In this document: piece after piece, positions 18,625 through 29,676 of the stretch
Numbering within the stretch: the first letter of the stretch is position 1
Layout: every line of letters starts with the position of its first letter
DNA from: Dehalococcoidia bacterium
GTDB taxonomy: Bacteria > Chloroflexota > Dehalococcoidia > Lucifugimonadales > VXLM01
NCBI GenBank assembly: GCA_965242665.1
Contig: OZ251484.1
Location: 1,843,531-1,907,530 of the forward strand
DNA length: 64,000 nt
Direction of reading: 5' to 3'
The notes under the pieces: generated by a model
Told to the model about the DNA's origin: nothing
The model's input: only the letters and a program-made list of their open reading frames with translations
The model's database searches: none
Position numbers and translations under genes: made by a program

Positions 18625-19527
18625 CTATTCGATCGCGAATCCCGCGCGCACTGTCAGGGAAAGCCCGAGCGATCCCCCGACGACCGTAGTAGGAGGAACA
18701 GGCGCGGCCGCCGCAAAGGCGGCCTGACGTTCGAGTCCCGCATCCTCCAAGACCGGCCCCCCGCTTCCAACCTCCGAGATATACGCGAGCTTGCCCAGCG
18801 TCACGCCCGTCAGAGACGCGAAATGCCGCGCGTTCTCCATCGCAGACTTCACGGCCGCTTCTCGGAGTTGTGCGGCGAACGCCCGCCGATCCTCAATCGA
18901 AAAATCTATCCCATCGACCCTCGCGGCGTCTCCCCCTGCGTTCACCACGTCGTCGATGATCGCCCCAACCGCATCAAGGTCGCGGATCGTAATGACCACC
19001 GTGTTCCTCACCCGGTAGCCGGTGAGCACCCGGGTGTTCGTCCGGACTCCATTTACTAGCATGTCCTGGTAGTCGTACTCCGGAAGGATGTTGAACGATG
19101 TCGTTTGGATGTCCTGGTCCGTCAAGTTGTTGCGCCTGAGCGACGCTGTGACTGCATCCATGGCTGTTGCAGCCTGGTTGCGGGACTCCGTAACCGTCGG
19201 TGCAATCGTCTCCACGCCAAGCCGCACGATCGCAATGTCCGGCGACAAGTTCACCTCGCCGGTGCCGGTGACCCAGATGCCGGCCTGCGTCGAGCCAGAC
19301 GCATATTGCTGTGGAGGCGACTGCCCCCCCGAACCCTCGGTCTCCATAGACGCAGCCGCACTTGCGGATCCGCCCCCTCCGTCCGCCCCGCTCCGCACAT
19401 CGCTCGTTCCTGCCGCAGTACCGCTCGTTGTATCGTTCGCAGCAGTCTCTCCATTTCCGCATCCGACCGCGGCGAACGCAATCGCGCACGCCGATACCGT
19501 CCACACCGCAACCTTCCAGTAACTCAT
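18625..19527 (-). CDS. SIMPL (DUF541) domain lipoprotein
   Basis: Lipobox AVGC, VTGTGEVNLSPDIA, DIQTTSFNILPEY, LREAAVKSA. Confidence 0.88.
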   Translation of the reverse strand: MSYWKVAVWTVSACAIAFAAVGCGNGETAANDTTSGTAAGTSDVRSGADGGGGSASAAASMETEGSGGQSPPQQYASGSTQAGIWVTGTGEVNLSPDIAIVRLGVETIAPTVTESRNQAATAMDAVTASLRRNNLTDQDIQTTSFNILPEYDYQDMLVNGVRTNTRVLTGYRVRNTVVITIRDLDAVGAIIDDVVNAGGDAARVDGIDFSIEDRRAFAAQLREAAVKSAMENARHFASLTGVTLGKLAYISEVGSGGPVLEDAGLERQAAFAAAAPVPPTTVVGGSLGLSLTVRAGFAIE

Positions 19528-19690
19528 CTTGGCAGTCTCCTTCCCTCGCTGTCCGTCCGCAGGGGTCGCACCATCAGGATAGACGCCGAACCGCATCGGC
19601 CTTTGCCGCGCCTCCGCGGCGAACCACCCAACGACTCCCCTATGAATTCATCATATCACAGAGTCCGCAGACAACGATTCTACGACCCGA

Positions 19691-20359
19691 ATGTCTGGTA
19701 TGATAGATGTAGGAATTGCCTCTATGTCCACCCTCGCCTGGTTCAGTTCATCCACACGTATCCGCGTACTCGTTCGAGAGATCTTCGAAACGGTCATCCT
19801 CGCCCTCCTGATCTTCCTGTCCCTCCACGCCAGCATCCAAAACTACCGAGTGCACGGGCCGAGTATGCAGCCGACCCTGATAGAGAACGAATACCTCATC
19901 GTAAACAAGCTCGTGTACATCCGCTTCAATCTGGCCGAGGCCGCCAGCATCCTCCCGTTCTACGACCGCGAGGAAGAGCCAGACCGCTTCGTCTTCCATC
20001 CTCCCCGCCGCGGTTCGGTCATCGTCTTTCGGTCCCCGAGCGATCCATCGCGCGACTTCGTCAAGCGCGTGATCGGGGTTCCAGGCGACGTGGTCGAAAT
20101 CGTCGAAGGCGACGTCTACCTCAACGGTTCTCTCCTCATCGAGCCATACGTCACTCGCAAAGACAACACCTCCATGGGCCCGGTCACCGTCGGTCCGGGC
20201 GCGCTGTTCGTGCTTGGTGACAACCGATCCGCCAGCAACGACTCCCGTGCCTGGGGGATCCTGCCAACCGAAAACATCATCGGCCGGGTGTGGCTGCGGT
20301 TCTGGCCGATCGACCGGTTGGGAACCCTCGCGGCCGGCATCCGGCCGCTCTCCCCATAG
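19691..20359 (+). CDS. lepB: Signal peptidase I
   Basis: GPSMQPTL (Ser), FVKRVIG (Lys), GDNRSASNDSR. Confidence 0.95.
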   Translation: MSGMIDVGIASMSTLAWFSSSTRIRVLVREIFETVILALLIFLSLHASIQNYRVHGPSMQPTLIENEYLIVNKLVYIRFNLAEAASILPFYDREEEPDRFVFHPPRRGSVIVFRSPSDPSRDFVKRVIGVPGDVVEIVEGDVYLNGSLLIEPYVTRKDNTSMGPVTVGPGALFVLGDNRSASNDSRAWGILPTENIIGRVWLRFWPIDRLGTLAAGIRPLSP

Positions 20360-20490
20360 CCGAACCGCCGGCAAGCGGCCGCCCCCGCTTCCATCGTTGC
20401 CGCTCGAACCTCAGCGCCGGGGTGCACCGGGACTGGGCGGCGCTTCCCCCGTGCGGTGCGCTTGCTCGGAGGCCAAGATCGACCGCACGA

Positions 20491-21249
20491 CTAGAGAATC
20501 TGCGACAGGAAGAGCTTGGTGCGCTCCTGCTGCGGGTTGTTGAATATCTGGTCGGGCGCGCCCTCTTCTACGATGTTCCCTTGATCGAACATGATCATGC
20601 GGTCCGATACCTCCGTGGCGAACCCCAACTCGTGAGTGACTACGATCATGGTCATCCCGGACGCCGCGAGCTCGCGCATCACATCCAGCACCTCCTTGAT
20701 CATCTCCGGATCCAGAGCCGATGTCGGTTCGTCGAAGAGCATGATCTTGGGCTGCATCGCCAGGGCCCGCGCGATCGCCACCCGCTGCTGCTGCCCCCCT
20801 GAAAGCTGCGCGGGATACTTGGCCGCCTGCTCCGGAATGCCCACCCGCTCGAGCAATCCCATGGCGGCGTCTTCCGCCTCGTGCCGAGGCCGATGGCGAA
20901 CTCTAATCGGCGCCAACGTGATGTTGTCCAGCACGGTCAGGTGTGGAAAGAGGTTGAACGACTGGAAGACCATGCCGACCTCACGGCGGATCGACTCGAT
21001 GTTCCGGATATCCTTCGTGAGCTCTATCCCGTCCACGATGATGTCGCCACGCTGATGCTCCTCCAGCCGGTTAATCGTCTTGATGAACGTGGATTTCCCC
21101 GACCCCGACGGGCCAAAGATCACCACTACCTCCCCTCTCTTCACCGTGGTCGTCACCCCCCGCAGCGCATGGTACGAGCCGAACCACTGGTGCACGTCCC
21201 GGCAAATGATCATGTCATCCGTCGTCGTCTCGTTCTCGCTGATAGCCAC
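20491..21249 (-). CDS. aapP: General L-amino acid ABC transporter ATP-binding subunit
   Basis: [28 protein letters not shown]. Confidence 0.93.
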   Translation of the reverse strand: MAISENETTTDDMIICRDVHQWFGSYHALRGVTTTVKRGEVVVIFGPSGSGKSTFIKTINRLEEHQRGDIIVDGIELTKDIRNIESIRREVGMVFQSFNLFPHLTVLDNITLAPIRVRHRPRHEAEDAAMGLLERVGIPEQAAKYPAQLSGGQQQRVAIARALAMQPKIMLFDEPTSALDPEMIKEVLDVMRELAASGMTMIVVTHELGFATEVSDRMIMFDQGNIVEEGAPDQIFNNPQQERTKLFLSQIL

Positions 21250-21312
21250 AAGAGCCTCCCTGTCTATATCTCCGCCGCCTCGGCGGGCGCTGTGTCCAGC
21301 CGGCCGGCGGCG

Positions 21313-22569
21313 TTACCGCTTGCCGACGCCCATATGCTCCTCGACGCGTCTACTGATGTACGACATGCTGTAGGTGAATATCCAAAACACGATCCCGACG
21401 AAGACGAAGAGCTCCCGCGCGCTCTCCAGATATTCCGGATTCCCTAAGATGAATGCGCGCCCAATTTCCACCACGTCCAACATCCCAATGATGTACACCA
21501 AGCTCGTATCCTTGAAGAGCCCGATGAACTGCCCTGCAATGGCGGGGATGACGTTTCGCAGCGCCTGCGGCAGAGATATGAGGAGTGTAATCTGCCAGCC
21601 GTGAAGCCCCAGGGCCCGCGCAGCCTCCGCCTGCCCAGGGTGCAGCGCCTGCAACCCCCCCCGCACATTCTCCGCCATATACGCCGAACTGAACAAGGTG
21701 ATGATGATCGCCGCGCGGAACACCGAGTTCAAGGGGAAATCCTGCGGGAACGCCAGCGGCACAACCACCTGAGACATGAACAACAAGGTTATTAGGGGAA
21801 CGCCCCGGAACACCTCGATGAAGGCGACGCACAGCATCTTCACTACCGGTAGGTGGCTCCGTCGCCCCAAGGCCAACGCAATTCCCAGAGGCAGGCTCAG
21901 GGTGATGCCGCACGTCGCCAGCAGCAAGTTCAGCATCAAGCCGCCCCAAGAAGTAACCGATACCGGCTGCAACCCAGGAACCCTGGGCAACCCGCTGATG
22001 AGCACCAGCGTCAGCACGAAAGACGCCACGCCGACGATTGCGATCCAACGCGGAGTTCCCAACGGTGTGTACCGCCCCAACGCCATCCCCCCGAACACCG
22101 CAGGCACGTTCGCAACCAGCAGCAGACGCACGTCCATCCCCATCCGGTCGAGTCCGTACGGCAGCAGGGCCATGGCGGCGGAGACTCCCGCGACGACCAG
22201 GGCCGCGCGCTTCACGACGCCCCCGCCCGCGTATCCCCACGCCATCCCAAACAACATAGTGGCCAGCAGCAAGCCTACCTGCGGCCTCCAGAAGCAGTTC
22301 TGCCCGGGACAAGCGCCCTCGGTGTTGTACTGTCCGATGATGAAGCGGCCGCCTAGCTCCCCGATGACCGACCAGTTTGCTGTGCCGAATACCCATCCCG
22401 CACCGAACCACAGCGCCAAACCGATCGCAATGATCGACGCAACCGTGAGGGCTCCGTTGTGCCAGCTGCCGAACAGGTTGCCGCGAACCCATCCGGCCAC
22501 TCCCACGCTCATGGGTGGAGGAGGCAGCGCGTCGAATCGCGAGGACGCCTGGTCGCCGAGTGTGGCCAT
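21313..22569 (-). CDS. aapM: Amino acid ABC transporter permease (AapM-like)
   Basis: LFGSWHNG, FRGVPLIT, EAA-like loop GQAEAARALG; TGATG coupling to upstream permease. Confidence 0.88.
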   Translation of the reverse strand: MATLGDQASSRFDALPPPPMSVGVAGWVRGNLFGSWHNGALTVASIIAIGLALWFGAGWVFGTANWSVIGELGGRFIIGQYNTEGACPGQNCFWRPQVGLLLATMLFGMAWGYAGGGVVKRAALVVAGVSAAMALLPYGLDRMGMDVRLLLVANVPAVFGGMALGRYTPLGTPRWIAIVGVASFVLTLVLISGLPRVPGLQPVSVTSWGGLMLNLLLATCGITLSLPLGIALALGRRSHLPVVKMLCVAFIEVFRGVPLITLLFMSQVVVPLAFPQDFPLNSVFRAAIIITLFSSAYMAENVRGGLQALHPGQAEAARALGLHGWQITLLISLPQALRNVIPAIAGQFIGLFKDTSLVYIIGMLDVVEIGRAFILGNPEYLESARELFVFVGIVFWIFTYSMSYISRRVEEHMGVGKR

Positions 22570-23759
22570 CACCGCTCTCCTGCGAACCGAGTGCGGCGGT
22601 TGTACAGGTTGCCGATGAGCGACCACGTCAAGCTCATCAGCAGATACGCAAGCATGATGATCAAGAAGATGGAAATCGCCGGGGCCGTCTGCGTCATGGT
22701 TATGCCTACGCTCGTCATGTCCGCGTAGCCGACCGCGCCCCCAAGGCTGCTGTTCTTCGTCAAGTTCAGATATTGGCTAATCAGCGGAGGGATGATGACC
22801 CGCAGCGCCTGCGGAAACGTTACGTGCCGGAGCGCCCCCATGGGGGACAACCCCAGCGCCCGCGCAGCCTCGATCTGCCCCCGTCCAACCGACTGAATCC
22901 CCGCACGTACGATCTCCGCGATGAACGCCGCCGTATACATCACCAACCCAATCAGCAGCACCAACAGCCCCGCACGGAACGTGAAGCCTCCGTCGATCCG
23001 TCCGAACCTCCCCGCGGGCTCCGGAATCGAAACTACGAATGGCGACGCCCCGGCGCTTGCCCACACAACCACCCACGCCGCCGACCCAATCACGACCGCC
23101 GTGCCGACGCCAGCCAGCAGCGGATACGACGACTGCCCAGTCTCCACCTCGCGCCGCGTCAACAACCGATGAACGACCACCCCTGCGATACCCCCCCCAG
23201 CCGCAACTACAAGCCACGTGAGCGACGCCCCTGCACCGGTGCCAGACAGCCACGGTACCGACAGACCGGCGTTGTCCAAGTATATCCAGTCCGCGATGAC
23301 GTATGCTTCCCGCACCGTCGGCAGCGTCAATATGATGTAGAACCAAAACAGCAGCTGCACCAGCAGCGGCACGTTGCGGAAGAACTCGACGTAGACCAAC
23401 GCCAGCTTCGATACGATCCAATTCCCTGACAACCGCGCCACGCCAATCACGACCCCCAGCAGCGTCGCGAGGATTACTCCCCCAATCGCTACTACGATCG
23501 TGTTGGTGGCGGCGACGACGAGAGCGTAGCGGAACGAATCCGACGATTCGTATGGGATGATCGCGTCCCCAATGGGAGTCTGGTACTCCCGATCGAGGAA
23601 GCTGAAGCCGAATGGGATTTCCCGTGCGTCTATCGCCGTGCCAATGTTGAAGAAGAACCATACGACCAGCGCAACCACTACGACGGCGGATATGATCTGC
23701 GCCGCCCATTCGATGACGCCGACATGCCGCCATACGGGGATCCCTTGGTAGGTTAGCAT
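22569..23759 (-). CDS. aapQ: Amino acid ABC transporter permease (AapQ-like)
   Basis: FRNVPLLVQL, GQIEAARALG, YLNLTKNSSL. Confidence 0.88.
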   Translation of the reverse strand: MLTYQGIPVWRHVGVIEWAAQIISAVVVVALVVWFFFNIGTAIDAREIPFGFSFLDREYQTPIGDAIIPYESSDSFRYALVVAATNTIVVAIGGVILATLLGVVIGVARLSGNWIVSKLALVYVEFFRNVPLLVQLLFWFYIILTLPTVREAYVIADWIYLDNAGLSVPWLSGTGAGASLTWLVVAAGGGIAGVVVHRLLTRREVETGQSSYPLLAGVGTAVVIGSAAWVVVWASAGASPFVVSIPEPAGRFGRIDGGFTFRAGLLVLLIGLVMYTAAFIAEIVRAGIQSVGRGQIEAARALGLSPMGALRHVTFPQALRVIIPPLISQYLNLTKNSSLGGAVGYADMTSVGITMTQTAPAISIFLIIMLAYLLMSLTWSLIGNLYNRRTRFAGER

Positions 23760-24100
23760 TTGCTGCGCCCCGCAACGCGCCGGAGTCCGTGCCGGATGCG
23801 TCTCATCCCTCCAACGTATCTCCCTGGCTCCATGCCTGTGTCGGTTCCCCTCGTCATTCCGCGCGACACGCTGGTTCTCCGTATCCCCTCGTTCCGTCGG
23901 TAGCCCTGCCGCTCATCAGAGAGACCGACGGGCCGACCTGGGGCAGCGGCGGCCGGAAGATCCTCGCCGCGAGAACTGCCCGCGCTCGTCGAGAATGTTT
24001 GGGAGAGGGGCCGCCGGCTCGCGGCCTGGCAGCCCCTCTCCAGAGAATTGCCTAGGTGTCAAGGCGCCGATTCTCGCCTCGACCCGTCTCGTGTTGCCCG

Positions 24101-25228
24101 CTACCGCAGCGGAGCCGCGTAGACCTGTCCGCCCTTCGGGCAGTCCGTGCACGACGCAGCCGACCACAACGCGTTGCGGCTGCCTTCTCGAAGCAGACCC
24201 AGCGGCGTAAGATGCCGGTCGTAGATCTCCCCGTAGTTACCCACTGCGCGGATTACGGCCTGAGCGACGGTGTCGCTGAGTCCCATGCTCTCCTGGCCGA
24301 ACGACCCTTCCAGCCCAAACAACCGATCCACCTTCGTGTCCCCAGTTACGCCTGTAGGCACGGTAGCGGATGTTACTCCGTATGCCTCCGAGTAGATGAT
24401 GATGGCCATCACCGTCTTCACGATGTCGTACCACTGCTCGTCGCCGTGCGGAACCACCGGCCCCAACGGCTCCTCGGAGATCGTGCCGGGCAAGATCACA
24501 TGGTCGTCTGAATTCGGGAAGCTATCACGGGTGGAAACCAACCCGGAGCGGTCCGTCGTGAGCGCGTCGCACTGTCCGCTCTGGTACGCATCCCTCGCAG
24601 TAGTGTTATCCGGGAACACTATCACGTCGATGCCCAAGTTGTTCTGGTTGTTGAAGTCCTGTAGGTTCAACTCGGTGGTGGTGCCCTGTTGCACGCACAC
24701 CGAAGCGCCTTGGAGTTCCATCGAACTGGAAACGCCGGACTCCTTCAGTACCATGAAGCCTTGACCGTCGTAGAACATCGTCTGGGCGAAGTTGCCCCAT
24801 TGCGCGTCGCGGGAGCTGGTCCATGTCGTATTGCGCGACATGATGTCCACTTCCCCGCTCTGCATCGTCGGCCCTCTCTCTGCCGCCGTAGTCGGGCGAA
24901 CCTCTATCGCGTTGGCGTCGCCGAGTACTGCTGCGGCCACGGCGCGGCAAAGGTCGATGTCGAACCCAACGTTGTTCCCGCTGCTGTCGATCGACCCGAA
25001 CCCGGCCAGGGAGTTGTTCCCCGCGCACACGACGCTCCCCCGTTCCTTCACCCGATCCAAGCGGGACGCATCGTCAGTCACCGCGGCGCTCGTCATCGCC
25101 GAATCGACGGTATCGGTCGTGGCGCTGTCGTCCGTGTCGCTATCGGAAGAATCGCTCCCGCACGCCGCCGCAAACAAGACCACGGCGATCAGCAACCCAA
25201 CACCTATGATAGGCTTGAATATCTTCAT
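24101..25228 (-). CDS. aapJ: Amino acid ABC transporter substrate-binding lipoprotein (AapJ-like)
   Basis: Lipobox AAAC, GFDIDLCRAVAAA, RNTTWT, FYDGQGF, ISEEPLGP, AVGNYGEIY. Confidence 0.9.
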   Translation of the reverse strand: MKIFKPIIGVGLLIAVVLFAAACGSDSSDSDTDDSATTDTVDSAMTSAAVTDDASRLDRVKERGSVVCAGNNSLAGFGSIDSSGNNVGFDIDLCRAVAAAVLGDANAIEVRPTTAAERGPTMQSGEVDIMSRNTTWTSSRDAQWGNFAQTMFYDGQGFMVLKESGVSSSMELQGASVCVQQGTTTELNLQDFNNQNNLGIDVIVFPDNTTARDAYQSGQCDALTTDRSGLVSTRDSFPNSDDHVILPGTISEEPLGPVVPHGDEQWYDIVKTVMAIIIYSEAYGVTSATVPTGVTGDTKVDRLFGLEGSFGQESMGLSDTVAQAVIRAVGNYGEIYDRHLTPLGLLREGSRNALWSAASCTDCPKGGQVYAAPLR

Positions 25229-25606
25229 CGTGAGTTCCCCTATTCTCTGAAAAGTACTCCGACCTGTCCCAGCGCGCCAACCATCCGGCCCGCATTCGGC
25301 GGAGGCAATACATACTAATACCAGAAAAGATCCCGTCAAGTCAAGTACTCTTTCGGTTGTCTTGCATAATAGTTGATGGGTTTTCTGCGCTTGAAAGTGC
25401 AGCCATGCTGCCACGGCGAGACGACGCGCTCTTGTAGATCTTTGGGTGGACTCCGCTTGGCCGACAGCTTCACGCCGTCCGCCCAGCTTTCCATGGGTGG
25501 GTCGATACCCTGCGCGTCGAGTGTGTGGGGTGTCAAGTATTATAGAAGGGAACTAGCTGGCGGGGGTATAGACGCGGCCACCGTGGGCTGGTATGCTAGA
25601 GAGCGT

Positions 25607-25683
25607 GCGGGAGTAACTCAGTCTGGTAGAGTTCCTGCCTTCCAAGCAGGCTGTCGCGGGTTCGAGTCCCGTCTCCCGCCCCA
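25607..25683 (+). tRNA. tRNA-Gly(TCC)
   Basis: GCGGGAG/CTCCCGC acceptor stem, anticodon arm CCTGC-CTTCCAA-GCAGG, GGTTCGAG T-loop, encoded CCA. Upstream TAGACG-N17-TATGCT promoter. Confidence 0.96.
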
Positions 25684-25947
25684 CAGGCGCTAGTGGCAGC
25701 GGATGCTGCCCCCCAAAGTGGATATACAGGCAAACCCGTCTCGGTCGTCCGTATTTCCGCGTTGCGCCGTTCGTCCGACGAGCACTAGCGGCGCACAGCC
25801 GCCTGCCAGCCGCGGCGTGCGGTTGCATGTTGCCATGGCCGTCCCGTGCCACTGCGTTGGCTCCGTGGGCGGCTCCGTCGTCCGATGAATTCTCCGCAGA
25901 CGAGCCGGAGAGGGTAGTCTCGATGCCGAGGTCTGAGAGGTTGCGGT

Positions 25948-26012
25948 GACTTGGACTGCCGGCGGCCCTGTCCGTCCGCTTCTGCCTAGCGGGCCGGACG
26001 GCAGTCCAAGTC
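25948..26012. terminator. Long hairpin (14-bp perfect outer stem) downstream of the RRM gene
   Basis: GACTTGGACTGCCG at 25948 and CGGCAGTCCAAGTC at 25999. Confidence 0.55.
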
Positions 26013-26025
26013 GTTTCCGGTTAGC

Positions 26026-26346
26026 CTACCAGCGGCCTCCGCCGCCTCCACCACCGCCGCCGTATCCTCCACCACCGCCGCCTCCACCGCCACGGCGTCC
26101 TCCCTCTCGGGGCTTGGACTCGTTGACCGTCAACGTTCGGCCTCCGAGGTCGGTTCCGTTGAGGGCTGCGATGGCTGCCTCTGCCTCTTCCTTGTTGGGC
26201 ATCTCCACGAAGCCGAAGCCGCGCGAGCGGCCGGAGTAGCGGTCGGTGATTACCCTAGCGGAATCCACCTCACCGTGTGCCTCGAAGGCCTCTTGGAGGG
26301 TATCGTCGGTTTCATCGAATGACAGGTTGCCTACATAGATGTTCAT
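26026..26346 (-). CDS. RRM RNA-binding protein with Gly-rich tail
   Basis: RNP2 IYVGNL, RNP1 RGFGFVEM. Confidence 0.95.
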   Translation of the reverse strand: MNIYVGNLSFDETDDTLQEAFEAHGEVDSARVITDRYSGRSRGFGFVEMPNKEEAEAAIAALNGTDLGGRTLTVNESKPREGGRRGGGGGGGGGYGGGGGGGGGRW

Positions 26347-26551
26347 GCGGCGCTCCTTCTGTACTGAAATCTCCTCATCGTAGCAAGCGTCACATTCGGT
26401 CCTGAGGCTATGTAGCTTGGGAAAACGCGGAAGCGGAACATGTTGCGTCTGATTATTGGAGTCAATACCTATTATATCACAAGCAAACGGCGATGTGTGT
26501 AGATATTGCGGGAATTTTATTTTCGTTTTTCGAGGGGCGGGCGTGTGGGTG

Positions 26552-27481
26552 TCAAGTTGCTTCGAATAGGGCGGATACGAAGGCGTGTGGATCGAATGCT
26601 GCGATGTCGTCGGGTTGTTCGCCTGTGCCGACGTAGAGGACTGGGAGTCCGAGTTCCTTGGTGACAGCGAGGACGATGCCGCCCTTTGCTGTGCCGTCGA
26701 GCTTGGAGAGGATGACGCCGTGGCATTGGAGCGCTTCGGTGAAGGCGCGCGCTTGGTAGAGTCCGTTTTGGCCGACGGATGCGTCGAGTGCGAGGAGGAC
26801 GCGCACGCTGGACTTCGGCGCTTGCTGTCCGACGACGCGGTGGATCTTCTTCAGTTCTTCCATGAGGTTGGTCTTGGTGTGGAGCCGGCCGGCAGTGTCG
26901 ATGATGACGATGTCGGCACTGCGGCTCTTCGCGGCCGTGACGGCGTCGAAGGCGACAGCGGCGGGATCCGCCCCTGCTTGATGGGCGATCACGTCCACGC
27001 CGAGCCGCCGCCCCCACGCCTGGAGTTGCTCCGCGGCCGCCGCGCGGTAGGTGTCCGCTGCGCCGACGATGACCTTCATTCCCTGCCGCGTGTACAGGTT
27101 GGAGAGCTTGGCGATGCTGGTCGTCTTCCCGACGCCGTTGACTCCGACGACGAGGAGCGCCAGAGGCGTTTCGTCCACGTCGAGCAGGCTCTCCGCGCCG
27201 TCGACGCGGAGCATTTCGATCATGCCGCGCCTGAGAGTATCGAACGCTTCTTCGGACGTAGAGACGCGGCGCGAACGGAGCTCGTCGACGAGCTCCATGG
27301 TGGACTCGACTCCAACGTCGGCCGAGATCAGGACCTCTTCCACCTGCTCCCATAGTTCCTCGCCGGCATTGGAGCCTCGGAACAGGGATGTCATGCGCCC
27401 GAGCAGGCCGCGCCGGGTGCTTTGGGCGGCCTGCCTCGTCTTCTCCGTGTCAGCGCCGCGCAGACGGAAGAGTCTCATCAT
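26552..27481 (-). CDS. ftsY: Signal recognition particle receptor FtsY
   Basis: [30 protein letters not shown]. Confidence 0.97.
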   Translation of the reverse strand: MMRLFRLRGADTEKTRQAAQSTRRGLLGRMTSLFRGSNAGEELWEQVEEVLISADVGVESTMELVDELRSRRVSTSEEAFDTLRRGMIEMLRVDGAESLLDVDETPLALLVVGVNGVGKTTSIAKLSNLYTRQGMKVIVGAADTYRAAAAEQLQAWGRRLGVDVIAHQAGADPAAVAFDAVTAAKSRSADIVIIDTAGRLHTKTNLMEELKKIHRVVGQQAPKSSVRVLLALDASVGQNGLYQARAFTEALQCHGVILSKLDGTAKGGIVLAVTKELGLPVLYVGTGEQPDDIAAFDPHAFVSALFEAT

Positions 27482-27503
27482 TCACCCCCGTGCACTCTCC
27501 GCC

Positions 27504-28142
27504 TCAGCTATCTGCTAAGCCCACGGCAGCGGCAAAGACAACGGTGTACACGGCGACTACCACGATCACGAAGACTGTGAATGCGGCGATGGGTATAAGC
27601 ACTGCCGCGGACGCGCGTCCGGTGGAGAACTGGTTGCACTCTCGAACGACTATCACGGCCAGGAAGATCATCCAAACGCCTATGCCGAGCTGAAGAATTC
27701 CGATTAGGGCATCGGCGCCGCCAAGGTCACCAAGCGGGATGGCAAGGAAGCCAATCAGGGATCGGAGGATGGATGGCGCAGATGCGAAACTGATTCCGGC
27801 GAACATCGCGCCGTACTCCCCGCTGCCTCCAAGTATTCGACTCATGAGCCAGAAGAACCCTGTGATGAGGGCCGTGAAGCCGATACCGAAGAGCGGAGAC
27901 GAGAGAATGGTGAATCCTTGGATCCATGCAGCTAGTTCCTCTGCATCGCCTAGGCTAGCCGGGTCGCGCGATACCGCCTGCACCAGGCCTTCCGCGATGG
28001 ATAGGACGATGATGACGATGAACGCGTTGGCGATCGGGCGCCTGCGGACTACGCCGCTCAGAGTGGGAACTGGGTTGGTGAAGACGCCAATGATCGTGTC
28101 GAGAAACCTCTCTTCCGGCTGCTCCTGTCGTGGTGCGTTCAT
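27504..28142 (-). CDS. Yip1 domain membrane protein, paralog 1
   Basis: Five TM segments; near-identical DNA to two adjacent paralogs. Confidence 0.8.
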   Translation of the reverse strand: MNAPRQEQPEERFLDTIIGVFTNPVPTLSGVVRRRPIANAFIVIIVLSIAEGLVQAVSRDPASLGDAEELAAWIQGFTILSSPLFGIGFTALITGFFWLMSRILGGSGEYGAMFAGISFASAPSILRSLIGFLAIPLGDLGGADALIGILQLGIGVWMIFLAVIVVRECNQFSTGRASAAVLIPIAAFTVFVIVVVAVYTVVFAAAVGLADS

Positions 28143-28253
28143 GTCGAATACCTCATGGAGTTTGGACTATGGTACACGGTTGCGCGTCGAAGTCAACCGC
28201 ACGGGATCGAGTGGTTGTGCTTGATTTGCCGCCGCGCAGACGGAGGAGTTTCA

Positions 28254-28901
28254 TCATGGTCGATGCGTGATGACAGTTGCAAACGCGTCCGCCAGGAGTA
28301 CCGCGTACAAGACTATGGAGGCAGCGATGGGTATAAGCACTGCCGCGGACGCGCGTCCGGTGGAGAACTGGTTGCACTCTCGAACGACTATCACGGATAG
28401 GATGATCGTCCAGGCAACTACGCCGATCTGAAGAAATCCGATTATGGCAACGGCGCCGACGAGGTCACCAAGCAGGATGGCGAGGAAGCCTCTCAGGGAC
28501 TGGAGGATGGATGGCGCCGATGCGAACCCGATTCCGGCGAACATCGCGCCGTACCCTCCCCTGCCGCCGAGTATTCGACTCATGAGCCAGAAGACTCCCG
28601 CGGCGAGGGCTACGACGACGATGCCGACGACCGGAGACGAGAGAATGGCGAATCCTTGGACCCATGCAGCTAGTTCCTCTGCGTCGCCTAGGCCAGCCGG
28701 GTCGATCGATACCGCCTGCACCAGGCCTTCCGCGATGGATAGGACGATGATGACGATGAACGCGTTGGCGATCGGACGCCTACGGACTACGCCGCTCAGA
28801 GTGGGAACTGGGTTGATGAAGACGCCGACGAGCGTGCCGAGGAACTTCTCTTCGGCCTGCTCTCGTTTGGGCGCGGTTATGTCAAATTGGGGTGCAGTCA
28901 T
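28254..28901 (-). CDS. Yip1 domain membrane protein, paralog 2
   Basis: As paralog 1; ATG 28901 matches the paralog 3 start. Confidence 0.8.
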   Translation of the reverse strand: MTAPQFDITAPKREQAEEKFLGTLVGVFINPVPTLSGVVRRRPIANAFIVIIVLSIAEGLVQAVSIDPAGLGDAEELAAWVQGFAILSSPVVGIVVVALAAGVFWLMSRILGGRGGYGAMFAGIGFASAPSILQSLRGFLAILLGDLVGAVAIIGFLQIGVVAWTIILSVIVVRECNQFSTGRASAAVLIPIAASIVLYAVLLADAFATVITHRP

Positions 28902-29010
28902 GTCAATTGAGTTTGCATTATAGTACACGGTTGCGCGTCGAAGTCAACCGCAGGGGGCGAGTGGTCGACTTCGGTTTGCCCCCGCGCAGGCGGAGAAGTC
29001 GCATCATGTG

Positions 29011-29676
29011 CTAAGACACTGTGGAGGAGGCGCTCAAGGCAACGATGACCACCACGACTGCCGCGAACGCGAAGACTACGAATGCGGCGGCGGGTATCAG
29101 CACGGCTGCTGCTGCGCGCTCGGTGGAGAAGTGGTTGCTCTCTCGAACGACTATCACCGATAGGATGATCGTCCATGCGACTACGCCGAGCCAAACGAGT
29201 TGGGATACGGCTGCAGCCGGGCCGAGGGGAATCGTGATGAGACCGGCGAGAGACGAGAGGATGTATGGCGCCGATGCGAACCCGATTCCGGCGAACATCG
29301 CACCGTACTCTCCGCTGCCTCCGAGTATTCGACTCATGAGCCAGAAGACTCCCGCGGCGAGGGCTGCGACGACGATGCCGACGACCGGAGAAGCGAGAAT
29401 GATGATTCCTTGGCCCACTCTAACCAAGTCCTCCCTATCCTCTAGCTCCACTACTAGGGCAGACAGGGGGGACGAGTCGATGGACAGCGCCTGCGCTAGG
29501 CCTTCTGCGATGGATACGACGATGATGACGATGGCCGCATTGGCGATTGGACGCCTGCGGATCACGCCAACCAGTGCGGGAACGGGGTTGTCGAAGACGC
29601 CGATGAGCGTGCCGAGGAACTTCTCTTCCGGCTGCTCTCGTTCGGGCGCGGTTATGTCAACTTGGGGTGTGGTCAT
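29011..29676 (-). CDS. Yip1 domain membrane protein, paralog 3
   Basis: As paralog 1. Each copy is preceded by the same TTGACTTCGWCGCGCAACCGTGTAC promoter block. Confidence 0.8.
   Translation of the reverse strand: MTTPQVDITAPEREQPEEKFLGTLIGVFDNPVPALVGVIRRRPIANAAIVIIVVSIAEGLAQALSIDSSPLSALVVELEDREDLVRVGQGIIILASPVVGIVVAALAAGVFWLMSRILGGSGEYGAMFAGIGFASAPYILSSLAGLITIPLGPAAAVSQLVWLGVVAWTIILSVIVVRESNHFSTERAAAAVLIPAAAFVVFAFAAVVVVIVALSASSTVS

Noticed and set aside
25330-25560. Riboswitch upstream of the amino acid ABC transporter
   Set aside because: I could not recognise glycine, lysine, SAM or T-box consensus elements; only promoter-like hexamers. An Rfam scan would be decisive.
25683-26020. Island integrated at tRNA-Gly or the other tRNA 3' ends
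   Set aside because: I saw no duplicated tRNA 3' segment in the window and no adjacent integrase.
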